Source: Camelus ferus (Eukaryota). Taken from it: 64,000 nucleotides of DNA. This document shows positions 36,425 to 49,727 of the stretch, piece after piece (within the stretch, counting starts at the first letter, position 1; each line of letters opens with the position of its first letter). The DNA lies in NCBI RefSeq assembly GCF_009834535.1, contig NC_045696.1:248001-312000 (forward strand), written 5' to 3'. The position numbers and the translations under genes were made by a program. The notes under the pieces were generated by a model, which was given only the letters and a program-made list of their open reading frames with translations, was not told the DNA's origin and searched no databases.

Positions 36425-38311
36425 CTGGGGATAGGGATGGCGCCCAGGCAGCCCAGGCGCAGATGCCTCGTGTCATGAAGCCGTGGGCTGGTGGGCAGCC
36501 ATGCAGCTCTGCGCCCCACTTCCCCACCAATGCTAAACAGAAGGAAGAGGTGGGGAAGCAGCTGGTGTCCTGCAAAGGGACACCCCCTCTTTCCCAAGAC
36601 GCCTCTTTGTGCAAGAATCTTCGTGGAGAGGTTCTAGTTACTACACATTTTCAGTCCAACTGATTCTCTCCCAGTGAGCGGATCTGCTGTGTCTGTGACA
36701 GGGAAGCGGACCTGTTCCTCCACCATCTCCCTTCCTCCCTTAGACTCTGCGCTGCCCCCGCCCACAAAAGTCGAGCACTGTGTCCCCAACCAGCCTGCAC
36801 GTCTGCTGGTCCAGCCCTGGGCTGTCAGGCGCACCCCTTGCGCGCGGGGACAGGCCTGCACGTGCACCACGCTTTTATGCAGCACTTCACCCAGTATTAA
36901 AACTTCCTTACTTTCATACATCTTGTTCCTCTTAGTACCTCACCTGAAAGTGTTCTCACAAAAACAGTTTCCTGTGACAAAACTTCTGAAACTTAACACA
37001 CCCAAAGCATCTTTATTACAACTGCATTGTCAAGTGACAATTTGGGGCGGACATAAAGTCTAGAAGTTCCTTTGAAAACCTAAAAACGTTCTTGCGCTGC
37101 ATCCTCCCAGCAGGGGTATGAGGCTGGGAGGCCCCACCCTGCGGACCCTCCTCTCTGGGTCTGCTGTCTGGGTGCCAGCCCTTCTCGCCCACTTCTCTTA
37201 CTCCGTCTGTTACTCTGCTGCTTTACTTCCGCAGTAGCGTCTCAGCCTGGCTTCCCAGAGAACCAGCTCACTTTCCCGCTGTCTGCCCTACGCTCACTCC
37301 ATCTATGAAACGACCGTCTTGTTACCACGACGTCTGGTATTACTTCCTGCTGTGAGGCAGGCTCCACTTCCTGTGCACAGCTCCTCCCTGGTGGAGCCTC
37401 CCGTCCCCACCCTAACTGCCTCATCAAGGAGAGCCCTTCACCCCCAGGTGCTATTTGTTCTGGTGGCCAGGTGAGGAGGCAGTCCCCAGTGGACACCTGC
37501 GCCAACAGTGCCCCGGTTTCTGCTGAGTCCCACGCCCCCAATCCAGGCTGCAGGGTTCACACCGCAGGCCTGCCGGCTAGCTTCTCCTGAACAGCCATCC
37601 ACACCCTCACCCTGACTGTGCTGACCCACCACGGGCCAAATTCCCTGGTTTCTTTAAGGTATACTCTAAGGAAGGCTCCGGACAAGCTCCCAGGCACCCT
37701 GGTCTGAGCAATAAAAGCACCCCCTTAAGAAAAATAAATTTAAGAAACGCAGTCGGCCGAGTGGACCAACTAGGAGGAGGAGCTACTCCCTCCAGGACAA
37801 AGAGCTTTGCAGCCAGACCAGCTGGACAGGGCCCCCTCCTCACTCCAGCCGCCCCGGGGCCTAGGCCAGGGGCCCCTTTATTTGCTCTACGGAAATTAGA
37901 AACTTCAAAGTGCTTGCCGACCATGTTCAGAAAAGGTGGCCCAGGAGCAAGGTCTCGTTAAACCTTGGTGACTTCAGAGAAGAGGGTGCTCTCTGTCCCA
38001 GCCGCACCCCTGGGTATCGGGATGCTGGGCAGCGCCTGCCCTCGCCATACCACTCATTCCGTGGCATCTGTGCCTGGTCTCAGCTTTGAATCTCACCCTC
38101 CTAAGGAACCAGCTGAGCTCTGTGGACACTGAGGACACCGATTCTGGCATCCTTCCTCCAAATACCACCCTTTTCTTTGTGAAGTTTCTCTGACGAACAG
38201 AAATGCTTAGTGTATTCATATCACTGGGCTGTCCTTCCACCACAGGAGACCTCCTGAATGTTCAGCAGAGGAGAGTCTAAAGGCGCAGCACGGGGACCCG
38301 CAGGGCATCAC

Positions 38312-38439
38312 CTGCCTCTGTAGACAAACTTCATGGGCTCCACGGCCAGCGCGGTGGCTACAATGTCGTCTGCATTGTGTCTGCGAACTCCCACCACCAT
38401 CAGCCCGTCCAGCTTGCCCACGACAAAGACCAGGTCATC
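38312..38439 (-). CDS. DIP2A: DIP2A exon
   Basis: DDLVFVVGKLDGLMVVGVRRHNADDIVATALAVEPMKFVYRG; AG/GT, 128 nt; read by hand. Confidence 0.95.
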
Positions 38440-38835
38440 CTGAGGACAAGGGTGAGGTCAGGGCTCAGACCCTGCTGCAGGCGCTCATGGCACATGGAGA
38501 CCTAGAGACTCGGCGACGGGGATGGGGAAACCCAGGGCGGGGCGACCATGGTGAAGGGGTCTGACAGCCTGGTGGGGTGGAGTGGGAGCAAGGGGGCACC
38601 CAGGGAAGGGGTCAGCACAAGAAGGGTCAGGGGTGGGAATATGGACTACAGCTGTGGGTGAGGTCTGTAAAGGACCTAATGCTGCTGGGCCAAGGGCCAG
38701 GATCCCAAACTCGCATCAGTGGTGTCTGAAAGAACTGCATCCCGGGTCTCCAGATGCCACTGGATGCCGGCAGCACCCCTCCCCCGGCCGTGTGCCCAAC
38801 TGGAGGCCCGGGTCCTGGCAGCGGGACATACTCAC

Positions 38836-38916
38836 AGGCCCAATGAAGCCCAGCAGCCCCGTCCTGGTGAAAGGCCTGTCGGAGACGGGTGCTCCCCCAG
38901 CAGTCACCGGGACCGT
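38836..38916 (-). CDS. DIP2A: DIP2A exon
   Basis: TVPVTAGGAPVSDRPFTRTGLLGFIGP; AG/GT, 81 nt. Confidence 0.95.
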
Positions 38917-39386
38917 CTGCACAGAGTTGGGGGGCTGAGGTCAGCCGTGGTCCGTGGGGAATCAGTCAACTGGCAGGCAGACAGGCGCTGCCTGCACTGG
39001 GTGTGGCCCCTCAGATGGGTTGTCACCCGCTGCCCTGGTGGGGAAGAGGCTCCGCGGGGCCAGAGTCCCTGCCCACTGCGAGACCCGCTGGGCACCTGGG
39101 CCCTGCACGGCCCTCACGGCCTATGCGCCTCCCCCCGATCCCTGCGCCTGGCCCAGAGGAATGGGCGCGTGCTGGGCTCTCTGGACAACCCAACTCCAGC
39201 ACACAGAGTGCCAGCTGCCCTGGGCCAACCTCAATCCGCCAGGCCTGAGGGCACCTGCTTAGCGCTGACGCGGCAGTGTGGGCACCACGGAGGCAGAGGG
39301 CTGCACTCTCCCCACACACCTCGCCTACCCCCTGCACTGCTGCTGCAAACTTGATTCCAATACAAAGGTCGGAACGAGGTACGGAC

Positions 39387-39523
39387 CTCAAAGACGTTCT
39401 TCGTGATTCCAAGCAGACCGTAGTACGCTGTAGCAGTTGCACTGGAGTTGACACATATTTCTCCAACTTCATCAGTTTTACAAAGATAAGGGGTACCTTC
39501 CACCTTCACAACACAGACATTAG
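39387..39523 (-). CDS. DIP2A: DIP2A exon
   Basis: NVCVVKVEGTPYLCKTDEVGEICVNSSATATAYYGLLGITKNVFE; AG/GT, 137 nt. Confidence 0.95.
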
Positions 39524-40500
39524 CTAGAAAGAGAAAACCCTCAAAGTCATGAAGAATGCGTTTAGAAGGCTCATTCACAACGATCTGCTCGCTCGGTGTC
39601 TGCAGAGCAGAAACGTTTTGTGTGTTTCATGGCACAGATACGTCACAGCCTGTGTGTCTCATATGGTCCGTGGAGGAAGCCTCCTCCACACAGGAACCAC
39701 GGCGGCCGGGAAGGGCCCTCAGACACGCAGACTCCATGGCCCCCCCCTGCACGCCCTCCTGAACCCCCGGGAGATGGCCCCTGCCTCACACCATTGCCTT
39801 CGAGGCCAACTCCCGCCCCGGAGCCTGGTGGACCCCTCTCCGGGCCGTGGGCTAGTCCCATCACGCAGGCCTTGCTGCGGCCCCTCCCATAGCCCCTTCT
39901 GTCTTCACCAAGCAGCACCCCGACGGATGCTGCTGCCTGCGGCCCCGCCTCTCAGCTCCGGGGACCTTGCCCATCTGGTCACTACAGCCATGGCCACCTG
40001 CCGGGCCACAGAGCAGGCATCCAGAAAGGCCCTGACAAGAGCAACACACACACCAGAACGCACAGTGGCCCTTAAACAGAACTCAGACCCTCAGGGACGA
40101 ACGGAACAACCTGCAGTCCTGGGCGCACTCCTTCCCTCGCCTCTGCCTGAGGTTTCCTGGTGAGTTCTGTCTCAGAGACGCAGCGAGGAAAGAGGATGAG
40201 GGCAACCAGTCAGCTGTGTCTGAGGACTTGCAACTCAGATGGAAGCTTCAGCAGAGGGTCAGAGGGGTGGTGAGTGGAGGGTGGGGCTACAGTGCACCTG
40301 CTCCCAGATACACATGCTCACGTGCACTCACACAAAACAGAGACCCCACCTGAGTCACAATCAGACAGAACCCACCAGCCCTGCATATCGTGATATCACA
40401 CACCCTGGGGCTGACACAGCGGGAGGCAGTGCATCTGACAAAACAAGACACTAGGTCAGGTCTGCACTGCCCGGCAAACAGACGCACACTCGGGAGCAGG

Positions 40501-40755
40501 TACACACACACATGCCCAGGGGACCACGTGCACACACACACACACACACCCCCAGGAGAGCACGTGCACACACACACACACACACCCCCAGGGGAGCACA
40601 TGCACACCCCCCACTCCCGGAAAGTACGTGCACACACATCCCCTCAGGGGACCATGTGCACACGCGCACACACACACCCCGCCCCCAGGAGAGCACGTGC
40701 ACACACACATGCCCAGGGGACCATGTACACGCACACACACACACACACACACACG
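40501..40755. repeat. Compound minisatellite, ~7 units of CAGG(G/A)GA(C/G)CACGTG(CA)nCn
   Basis: Repeating ~27-42 nt unit with variable CA tract is directly visible. Confidence 0.9.
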
Positions 40756-41966
40756 TTTATGGAAAAAATTAAATGAGCTCTACTATGAAAGTCCTTAGTT
40801 TCATTCAAAAGAATCACCTGTTATAATATTCCAACAATCTTTTAAAGAAATACTGTGCTCTCCTCCTGATAACTAAGAATTAGACCCCGTTCTTTATTCT
40901 TCTTAAAATGTTCATCCTCATGTTCATTCTTCATAACTGATGAGTCCTTATTTTTGGTAGACTTACACAAAGGGAAAAAAAGAGAACTCATGTTTCTAAA
41001 AAAGTGGAGCTAGAAATAAATGTGAATGTCCAGTCTTGTTCTAAGTGTCGTGACCTCTGCACACACACAGAGTCAGACAGCCGACCTGAGGCCGTCCCTC
41101 TGGTTCCTGCCCTGTCCCTGACCTGGGATTACGCGGTGTCCACGAGCACCTGGGGGAGGCAGGGCTGCAGACACAGGGCCAGGGCCTGGGAGCCTGCACC
41201 ACTGGCAGTGCTGGGCGGGGAGACCGATGCAGAGCAGGAAGCCGGCCTCCGGAGGTCATCTGGTGGGTCCAGACAGCAGCTGGGACCCCAGCAGGGCCAG
41301 CGTGGGTAGGAGGGGAGCTGGAGCTGCCGTGGGGTCACCATGGGGAGAGGGTACCTCAGAGCACATAGCAAGCAGGGCACACCCCACTCACAACTGCCAC
41401 GGGGCCTCCCAGGCCGGGCTCTGCTCCTCCTTCTCCCCATGACACTGCACGCATGTTACCACGTGTGCAAGCACCCACGGGAGATCTGCAGGGAGATGGC
41501 GCCCTCACCCTGCCTCACTCACTGCCGCAGGAGGCAGAAAGCCCACAGCGCGGGCATCCTTCAGGCCCGCGGGGCCCTTCTGGAACCACTGGCGCTCCTG
41601 GGAGTCTTCAGTGCCAGGCCACTCACTTAAGACGTCCTTGCTCGGACATACGAGGCAGCCTAAGAAATGGGTCATCGGCAGACGTGGGTGAGGCATGAAG
41701 ACGGCCTGGCGCCCTGCAAGCTCCGTCACTGTCTCCCAAACACCAGAGAACCAGGGCTGGTTCACAGGCCAGAAACACATCCCACAGTACTTTAGCACAA
41801 CTTTAAACTTGATATAAAGGGAGGCAAAAACTGAAAAAAATATGTTACAAATTAACATCCCAGTTTCCACGTGGAACCACTTTAACATGCGCAGGATCCG
41901 TGCACTTCCTGAGTCGTGGTGGGTCACTCGGCCACAGGACAAGAAGCTCTCCAGCTGCAACCTTAC

Positions 41967-42106
41967 CTCCCGGCATCACCTGACCGACGTCCTGAACAGT
42001 CAGGACCGACAGCTTCTCTTCTGCATCCACCCTGATCACCCCGTGACTGAGGCCGCTCATGGACAGCACAGCTCTTCTGGGAGGAGGGCCTCCCAGGTCG
42101 GGTGGC
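41967..42106 (-). CDS. DIP2A: DIP2A exon
   Basis: PPDLGGPPPRRAVLSMSGLSHGVIRVDAEEKLSVLTVQDVGQVMPG; AG/GT, 140 nt. Confidence 0.95.
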
Positions 42107-43256
42107 CTGGAAACAGAACCGGATTAACAGACGGGCACCCCGAGGCTGGAGTCTGGCCTGAGACTGCACACAGGGAGGACGGTGGCAGCTACCCAGCCCC
42201 ATCAGCCCGGAGCCCATCCAACTGCAAGCCAGAACTGCCCAGTGCAGCCCCTTCAAGGCCTGACCGCGGAGGGCATGAGAGGAAATAAAGTAACTGCTGC
42301 CGTTTCCAGGCACCGAGCTTGGGTGTGGCTTGTTACACATCAGCACTAACTGGGGTGTTGTATAGTCTCCAGTGAGAAAAACTTACGCTGTCAAGCAAAA
42401 GAAAGCACCACAGATGAAGGAATGAAAATGCCTTACGGTCTGTGAAGGATACAGATGTTCTTTTGAGTGCTATTCATTATTGAAATTTTAGGATTACTTA
42501 CTACTATTTACAAATACATGAACGTAACACAAGACTACACCTGAGACTAATTTTCTAACAACTGAATTGAGGGTAGAAAGTCAACACGAAGTCACCTCAG
42601 CTACCCTCTACCCCAGGATGGGATGAGCTGGGCACAGAGGTGACCCGGGCAGGAAGGCGAGCAGAGGGCACTACTGCGGGGGCCTGGGGAGCAATACGGG
42701 GGTGAGCAAGGAGCACGAGGCTGCCCTCCGAGGCCTCCCAACCCCGCTGTCCACCTTCAAACAGAGGAGCACAAAGAGAACACAGCCTGGGAGCGGTGGG
42801 GCCCGGCAACTTCTCTGCGGAGGTTAAGGGTTCTGCAGGTATGGACCCCCATCCACGGCTGATGGGCATTGGATGCTGGCCACCCCACCTTAGAACAGGG
42901 GCGAGTCCTGGGCTGCAATGTTCCCTGTGGGACACAAGCCTTCCTGACCTGAGAAGCACACGGGAAAACAGCCTGTGTGTCGCAAGAATCTAGACATTAT
43001 CGCCCAGGGAACTGCTATCCAGCTCACGCCACAAACCCAGGCTGGTGTGGGGTGTGCAGCCAACACGGTGTGGAGTGTGGCACCTGCCCAGGGCTGCCCC
43101 ACCGCAGTGCAGACGGGCCTGGGAGACCCGCCTGGGGCGAGCACTGCTCACGATTTCTACTGCTCAGGAACAAATGATCCAAATTTGCTACCACAGGTGA
43201 TTCAGCTGAATGAGGAAGTGTTAAGTGTCTCCAAGACAGAGCAAGTGGTCAGCTAC

Positions 43257-43371
43257 CTGCGGATGGCAACTGTGAGTGCCTCCGGAGAACTGGCACAAGG
43301 ACAGATGACCTCTGGCCTCAGTCCTCTGGACTGGAAGACGTTGAGGAATGCGTCACAGGAGGATATGGACC
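43257..43371 (-). CDS. DIP2A: DIP2A exon
   Basis: SISSCDAFLNVFQSRGLRPEVICPCASSPEALTVAIR; AG/GT, 115 nt. Confidence 0.95.
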
Positions 43372-44717
43372 CTGCGTGAAACAGAGAGGGGGACACGAGG
43401 TAAGTGGAAGGCTGACGGGCACACAGCTTGGAAGGATGCCCGATACCAAGCCTGGAGGTGGCACCCCTTCCACCTCACAGGTATCCCAGCAAAGTCTTGT
43501 GGGGAGGGGGTGGGGCTGTTTCCACAAGAAACGAGATGCATTTTCAAATCACCAGTAAAGAAACCCCTGTGTTGTGTCTGAGATCTACGCAGGGCCAGCC
43601 CCACCGCATCTCCTCGTAGGTCTGCTAAGTGGGAGGTGACCGAGGGCATTTACGGAGCTAGAGCTGAACCTTTCACAGCACAGGCCCAGGTGCACATGCC
43701 CACCCTCCCCCAGACAAGCCTCAGAGCTGCACAGTCTGCCAAGTGGCCTCAGTCAAGGTGCCAGGGATATGAAAACTCAGCTCCCATGAGGCTAGGTGCT
43801 GGCTGCTAAGGGCCTGAATCAGCACAGCCCTGCACCCACTGGCCCCCAGGGCTGCACCACGACCTGCAGCCCTTTGCTGCAGCGAGGCCCCAGGAGAGGA
43901 GAGGACCTGTCACAGGTCCTTGTGTCCAGCCTCCGCTGGGCATGGGGCACACCAGAGGACAAACAGGATAATCCAGACCACTCAACGCTACAGGTAACGA
44001 TGGGCACGCTGCATGGCAGGGGTCTGAGGTCTGTGGGGGGCCGGCCTGGGGAGGGGCCCCCTGGCAGCTGGTGGGCTGCGCTGAGGGTGTGGGTACAGAT
44101 GCAGAGCAGCCAGCAGTTCTGCAGGATTTTGGAAGCAGGACAAGGGGCCCTGTTTAAGTGTGGATGGGCTGCTAGAAGGCAGGGTGCCCTCCCAAGCGAC
44201 GGGCTTCCTAGGAGCCCAGGGGGATCAGGGCCACACTGGAAGGGGATCAGATGGAAGGCGGCCTCTGGTCCAGGGCAGTTTCGATGCATGAACAGTGACA
44301 CACAGTTGTTAAATCAGTGAAACAACTCCCACCCACCCAGTCAAGGGTTCTGCTGTGGGAAAATCCCACCAAAGGTGAACCAAGGCTCCCGAGGATGCCC
44401 TGAGCAGGCCCTGGACCACAAGCAGCTACACTCAGACCCCGTGCAGAGCCTGGGGCGCCGGCCAGGAGGACGCGGGGCGGCCAGGCACTCAGAGTGGTCT
44501 GACCAGTGTGGTGGGCGCAAGGCCACAGGGCAGGAACTCAAAGGAGGCTCCTTGTCTGTATCTACACCCTGGTCAGCTGGGTCAGAACCATTTCAAATGC
44601 AGGGCCTGACAAACATGCCCGAGGCACACTCGTGAGTCACGCGTCTATATTCACATGACACTGCGGCCCTGTCCCTCTGGAGGCTCCAGGCCTGCAGGAC
44701 CCGCGGGGCTCACTCAC

Positions 44718-44837
44718 AGGGGTTCGCGCCGTCGGCCACAATCAGCATGCGCAGGGAGCTGAGGCTAACGTCCCTCTGACCGCGCTGAGCCAGCAGAGAC
44801 CAGTGCATGTCACGGGACTTCACCAGTGCGGCCCGAG
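44718..44837 (-). CDS. DIP2A: DIP2A exon
   Basis: RAALVKSRDMHWSLLAQRGQRDVSLSSLRMLIVADGANP; AG/GT, 120 nt. Confidence 0.95.
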
Positions 44838-45861
44838 CTGCAGAGAATGGGGATGGGCCTGGGTCACAGGGAGCAGATGCACAGGTGCGCAGGCAGCACA
44901 CAAGAGCAGAGATGCGGCTTCTTCAGGACACACAGTCTCTGCAGCCGAGCCTCACAGGCGGCTTAACCCACCCCATCCTGTTTTAACTGAAAACCAGCTC
45001 TGAGGTGTAACGCAGGGACAATAAGCTCACTTTCAACTCTGACTCCCAGACTCTCTTCTGTCTTGTGCTGCCCCTCCCGGAGTTCCCGACTCTCATAGCC
45101 GCTCGCAGCTGTATGGTCGGCCCATCAGCTACCAGAGCCCTGGGGGCATGTGGGGTGGGCAGGGAGGACCCAGGGTGCGAATGGGCAGACTGGGCCTCTC
45201 ACAAGTGGGCAGCACCTACCAAATGTCCCCAGCAGGCTTCAGTCTTCCTCTGTTAAACAGGATAAGCAGAGACTGTCCCACTGGGGACGATTCCAAACAC
45301 ACTACAGAGCACCCACACTCAGAAAGAACGTAGGTCGAAAGCCCACACGGGCACCCAGGACAAGTCAGTGAGAAGACGGAAGAGGCCCAGCCCCCGTGCT
45401 CCGCAGGTGTGGCTGTGCTCAGGAAGCACCGTGACTGACCAAAGCTGGACAGCACGGCAGGGTGAGGCCCTCGGGGCAGACCCATCGCTCTATGTCATAA
45501 ACTTCATCTGAACAAACAGCTTTGCTACTGGTGTCTTGCAAAGCCCTAACTTAAAATTAGAACCATCTGAGGTACGAAGAATTAGGAGCATTTGTGTGAG
45601 AAAACACAATTAGGAAGAAATCCGTGGCCCCTGTAGAAAAGAGCTGTTCTCCCCAAGGCCCCTCCAGCCTTGCTTGCAGGACAGCCTGCAGCTGGCACCG
45701 GGAGTCAGGACCAGCGTGGATGGGGGAGTCGAGCCACGACAGGCTGGTGGATGGGGCTCCACCGCTCACGCCTGCTTTATCTTTTCTTCATCACTGAAGG
45801 TCAATTCAGAGAGGCTTCTCTAATGCAGGGGAAACCAAGTGATGGTACGACATCCTGTTAC

Positions 45862-45955
45862 CTTTATATGCACACACTTTCTGAATCCAGGAGAGCGGGT
45901 TTGCCTTCATCAGCGCGTACGGGATGCTGACCACGTGCATCCTGTTCAGGACGCT
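45862..45955 (-). CDS. DIP2A: DIP2A exon
   Basis: SVLNRMHVVSIPYALMKANPLSWIQKVCAYK; AG/GT, 94 nt. Confidence 0.95.
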
Positions 45956-46148
45956 CTGCAAAGAGACAGGCTGTCAAGGGCGGGGCACCAGCCCCACCAG
46001 GAAGGGAGGAGGGAGCCCCAGTGCTCTGCCCACAGGGACGGTGCAGTCAGAGACACTTCAAGGGTTAGTCACATCACCTAAACATGGGGTTTGGTGCCCC
46101 CATCATGAAATGTCCCAACAACCAGACCACAACGCGAGCGACACTCAC

Positions 46149-46213
46149 TGTTAACACTCCATGCCACAGGCCAGCGTCCCTTTTGAAATCCAGCACATTT
46201 GTTAATGTTTCAG
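46149..46213 (-). CDS. DIP2A: DIP2A exon
   Basis: ETLTNVLDFKRDAGLWHGVLT; AG/GT, 65 nt. Confidence 0.95.
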
Positions 46214-47580
46214 CTGAAAGTGGACAGAGATGGTTAAACCGCTGAGGGACCGTCTTCACAAGTCACGTGCGTTTTCAGAGAAACTCTGAGGTGATCACAT
46301 CATCAACCAAGACTTAGGAAACACAAACAGCATTTCCAAACACCATGCAACAGGTGTCAGTAATCCTGGTTATCTACTCAAATTACTGGAAAGACATAAA
46401 AGTAGAAGGTCATGTGTGGATGAAAGCAGAGCAGTATGCCAACCACTGATCTGAAAACCCAGACAAGCCTCAGAGCCCGTGTGAGGCGAGCACAGCCCAT
46501 GTGATGTGAGGCTCGGGGCGGCTGGTGGTTGCCCTGCTCAGCCCGACGCCCACACCCCTCACTTCCTGCAGCACCGAGGCCGTCATCCAGCACTCCCAGG
46601 ACACGTCACATGCTCCTGTGTCACTTCCCTTCAGAGCTGCTGCTTCCCTCTTGCCCCTTCCCTCTCCCGAATGTGATGGGCATGTGATGGACGCCTTTCA
46701 GGGAGCAGGAGTGGAGGGCAGTCCCAGGGCTGCCCCTCAGTGCGCCCTGAGCTTAGTGCTCCAGCTGTGCTCTCGGTGGGACCCGGCTCCAGGCCCCACT
46801 TGGGGCTGAGGACAGAGCCTAGGGCTGCTAGGTGCACCCACGGGAGAAACACCAGAGGTGAAGGAGGCAGTGTGATCGTGTGCCAGGAATGCTGCTGCAC
46901 TGCGAACAGGAGTGCTGCACATGTGCCCCCTTGTTGGCTAAAGAGCCCCAATTGTAGGTGATGGACGTAAGGCCGGGACTTTTAGTTGACAGAACTGTTG
47001 AAACATTCTGTAGGCCCTTCAGTGTACCTACAATCATTTTCCAAACGTCCACTGAAGTCTTCAGCTGTGCCTTCAGCTACCCCTTGCTTTTATACACTGG
47101 TATTTTACATCTTAAACATACCATTCAATTCACTTTCTTGTTTTGTCCAATTCCAGTATTTCAACGGGAAGAAGTAAAGTTCCCCACGCTGCGCACCTGG
47201 TACTCCACGGTAAACGGGGAGCTACTGTGCATTACTAAGAGACAGGCTCCTTCCAAGGAGGTTCTGCTGGCACACCCACGTGCATGACAGCTTAAGCCAA
47301 CGCCAGTCACGGCGAACAGTTAGAGTAAGTGTGTCTTGACGGGAAAACGCAATGTGCTGGGAGCAGCCCACTGGGCCCCGGGCAGCGGGAGGGAAGCGGG
47401 TTTCACCCTGTTAGGTCAACAGATCACCCTAACCCCCCCTGTCCAGGGGAGCAGGGGCCCCAAGTACCCAGGCTGCTGCACGACCTGGACTGAACAGCAG
47501 ATGCCACATGGGGCTGGCTCCCACACGGTCAGTGTCCAGGTGCCCTGTGCACGGCTGCAGAGCCGCCCATGTGCCCTTAC

Positions 47581-47683
47581 CTTCCGAGAAGCCGCAAGCT
47601 TGGGTCAGGGCCCGGCACTGTGCCAGCAGGGACGCGTGGGGCACTGCGACCCCCACCGTGCTGCCTTCCTTGCTGGTTTTATA
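47581..47683 (-). CDS. DIP2A: DIP2A exon (A3/P-loop-like motif of first adenylation-like domain)
   Basis: YKTSKEGSTVGVAVPHASLLAQCRALTQACGFSE; AG/GT, 103 nt. Confidence 0.95.
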
Positions 47684-48046
47684 CTGAAAGATTTCAGAAA
47701 CAAGCTCATGAGGTGACATTTCTGGAGGCTGAGGTGGCACCTCCCTCACTAACCACCTGTTCGGCTGAGTGCACTTCACACTGGGGCCCCCAAGGTGACA
47801 AACTTGGCTGTGGTGGGGCCCAACCTGGGCAGGTGCTGAGGGCGACTGTGCACCAGGCCCCCCACCAGGCCACATCCCAGGGGCAGCGAGGGAACTGGCA
47901 GGCATGAAAGCAGAAGGACCTGCGAGAGTCTCCATAGGAACCTGCACGTCTCTGGGGTGAGGACAAGCCGGTAGAAACTGTGGCCAGTGGCCCCTCATGG
48001 CAGCAGTGACACCCGCAGAACAAGTCCCGGCCAGCAAAGGTCCTAC

Positions 48047-48156
48047 CTCGATGTAGGCGGGCCCAGTCCCTGAGTCCCGGGCCGGCGGGAGCCAGTCCCT
48101 GGGGGGCTTGGTCAAGTGCTTCCCATCCACCAGCAGCCAGGTGAGGGGGGGCCAGC
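48047..48156 (-). CDS. DIP2A: DIP2A exon
   Basis: WPPLTWLLVDGKHLTKPPRDWLPPARDSGTGPAYIE; AG/GT, 110 nt. Confidence 0.95.
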
Positions 48157-48472
48157 CTGCAAGGAAGCAGGGGACATGGTGCAGGTGCGGTCAGAGGGCC
48201 CCGCCGTCCTCCACGCGGCTCGAGCTGCTGACACGAGGACGCGCCTCCGCCCCTTAACCTGTACTAACTTCTGCCTGCCGGCCAGTGGCTACCACACTGA
48301 ACAGCACAGGTCTAGACCCTGAGCCGTGAGGCGCAAGGTTCACCAAGGCCCGAGACAGGGCCTCACTTCTGCTGAAGGCCCTTCCGCGCTACCCAGCGAC
48401 CAGCTGGAAAGGGGGTCTGAGCGCCCGTTTACAGAGGGCTCAGCCACATGCCACCCTGCCTGTGGGGCCCAC

Positions 48473-48596
48473 CTTTGAAGGTCGCCACCTCTCCGGTCTG
48501 GGCCTTGGGCAGGCCCTTCTGACAAGCGTCCGTGGTCAGGGCCAGGGTGATGCCACAGCTGCCCAGCAGAAACCCGACCTGCTGGCTGCCGGCATC
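48473..48596 (-). CDS. DIP2A: DIP2A exon
   Basis: DAGSQQVGFLLGSCGITLALTTDACQKGLPKAQTGEVATFK; AG/GT, 124 nt; read by hand. Confidence 0.95.
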
Positions 48597-49727
48597 CTAC
48601 GGGAGACAGAGGCGGCAGGAGGCTCAGCCACAGAGCAGAGCTCTGTTTTCACCCTTCACAAAGCTTCTACAGCAACTTAGCCCTGTATCAGAATACACTA
48701 TATTTTTTTCAAAATGATATGTAATTTTATTAATAAAAGGATTTTTTTTTAATAAAAAGGTATCGTTTTTGCTGTGACATATAAAGTTCTGGGTAATGGG
48801 CTCATTTCTCAAAAGTTTTTTTCTTCAAATGACATTCAGCAGCATTTTAACAAACCCCCAAATAATTAAAAATAGCACTGAAATTTCATTTGATTACCTG
48901 ACCTTTAACACTGACTTACTTCCACACAGAAATGCTCATTTCATTTTAGTCATGTCTTCTTTCACATATGTCCCTCTGTAACATTTTATCATTTTCTTCT
49001 AACAAGTTTAACAAAGTCTATTTTTTCCTAAGAATCTCTACTCAAATATCCATTCATTGTGTATTATTATCCTTGGGGATACACTGCTTTTACTCACAAA
49101 CTTTACTTCTGGGATTCTTGCGTACTCTTGCTAATAACATGCATGTTAACAATTGCCTGAACACTGGGTTATAATAGGAAACTCTGGTTTTCTAAAATAC
49201 ATGCCAAGTCTAATACATTTTTCAATAGTCAGATTACTGATATTTATAGCTAAAATGTGGCAGCCACCCAGAGCATCAGCACCCACCGCGATCGTCTGTC
49301 AGCAATGAAAGTTGCTTGCTGTTAAACAACAAACAGAAATGCAAGAGAATTTCAGTCTTGCATGTTGAAAGCTATCACCAGGAAATGAGCTGACACATCG
49401 GTGTAATGATTTACTTATCCCCAAGAAATGAAAGCTGTTACCAATAAACAGTTTTGAGAAAAAAAAGTTTCACAAAATCTCATCAAATCCCAAATTCGAT
49501 TCACTGGAGGAAAAACGTTTGTTTCTGTCGGGGAATCCACAGAGGTGGTCACTAGCCCCCAACGGCTGCTCTAAGTACCCCCTCTTACCAGCAAGACAGT
49601 AAACAAGGGTCTGGAGACGGGGCTGCCCGAGCGCCCCTGAGGCTGGCCCGCCTGCCCTCCCCAGACAGCACCTGGAGTGAGGAGACAGAGGCCCCGGACT
49701 TGAGAGCCGGCTGCACCCCTGAACTAC

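Noticed and set aside
40390..40776. His/Thr- and Cys/Val-repeat ORFs, and an array-like repeat pattern
   Set aside because: Translations of the CA minisatellite; not CRISPR (no unique spacers, mammalian DNA)
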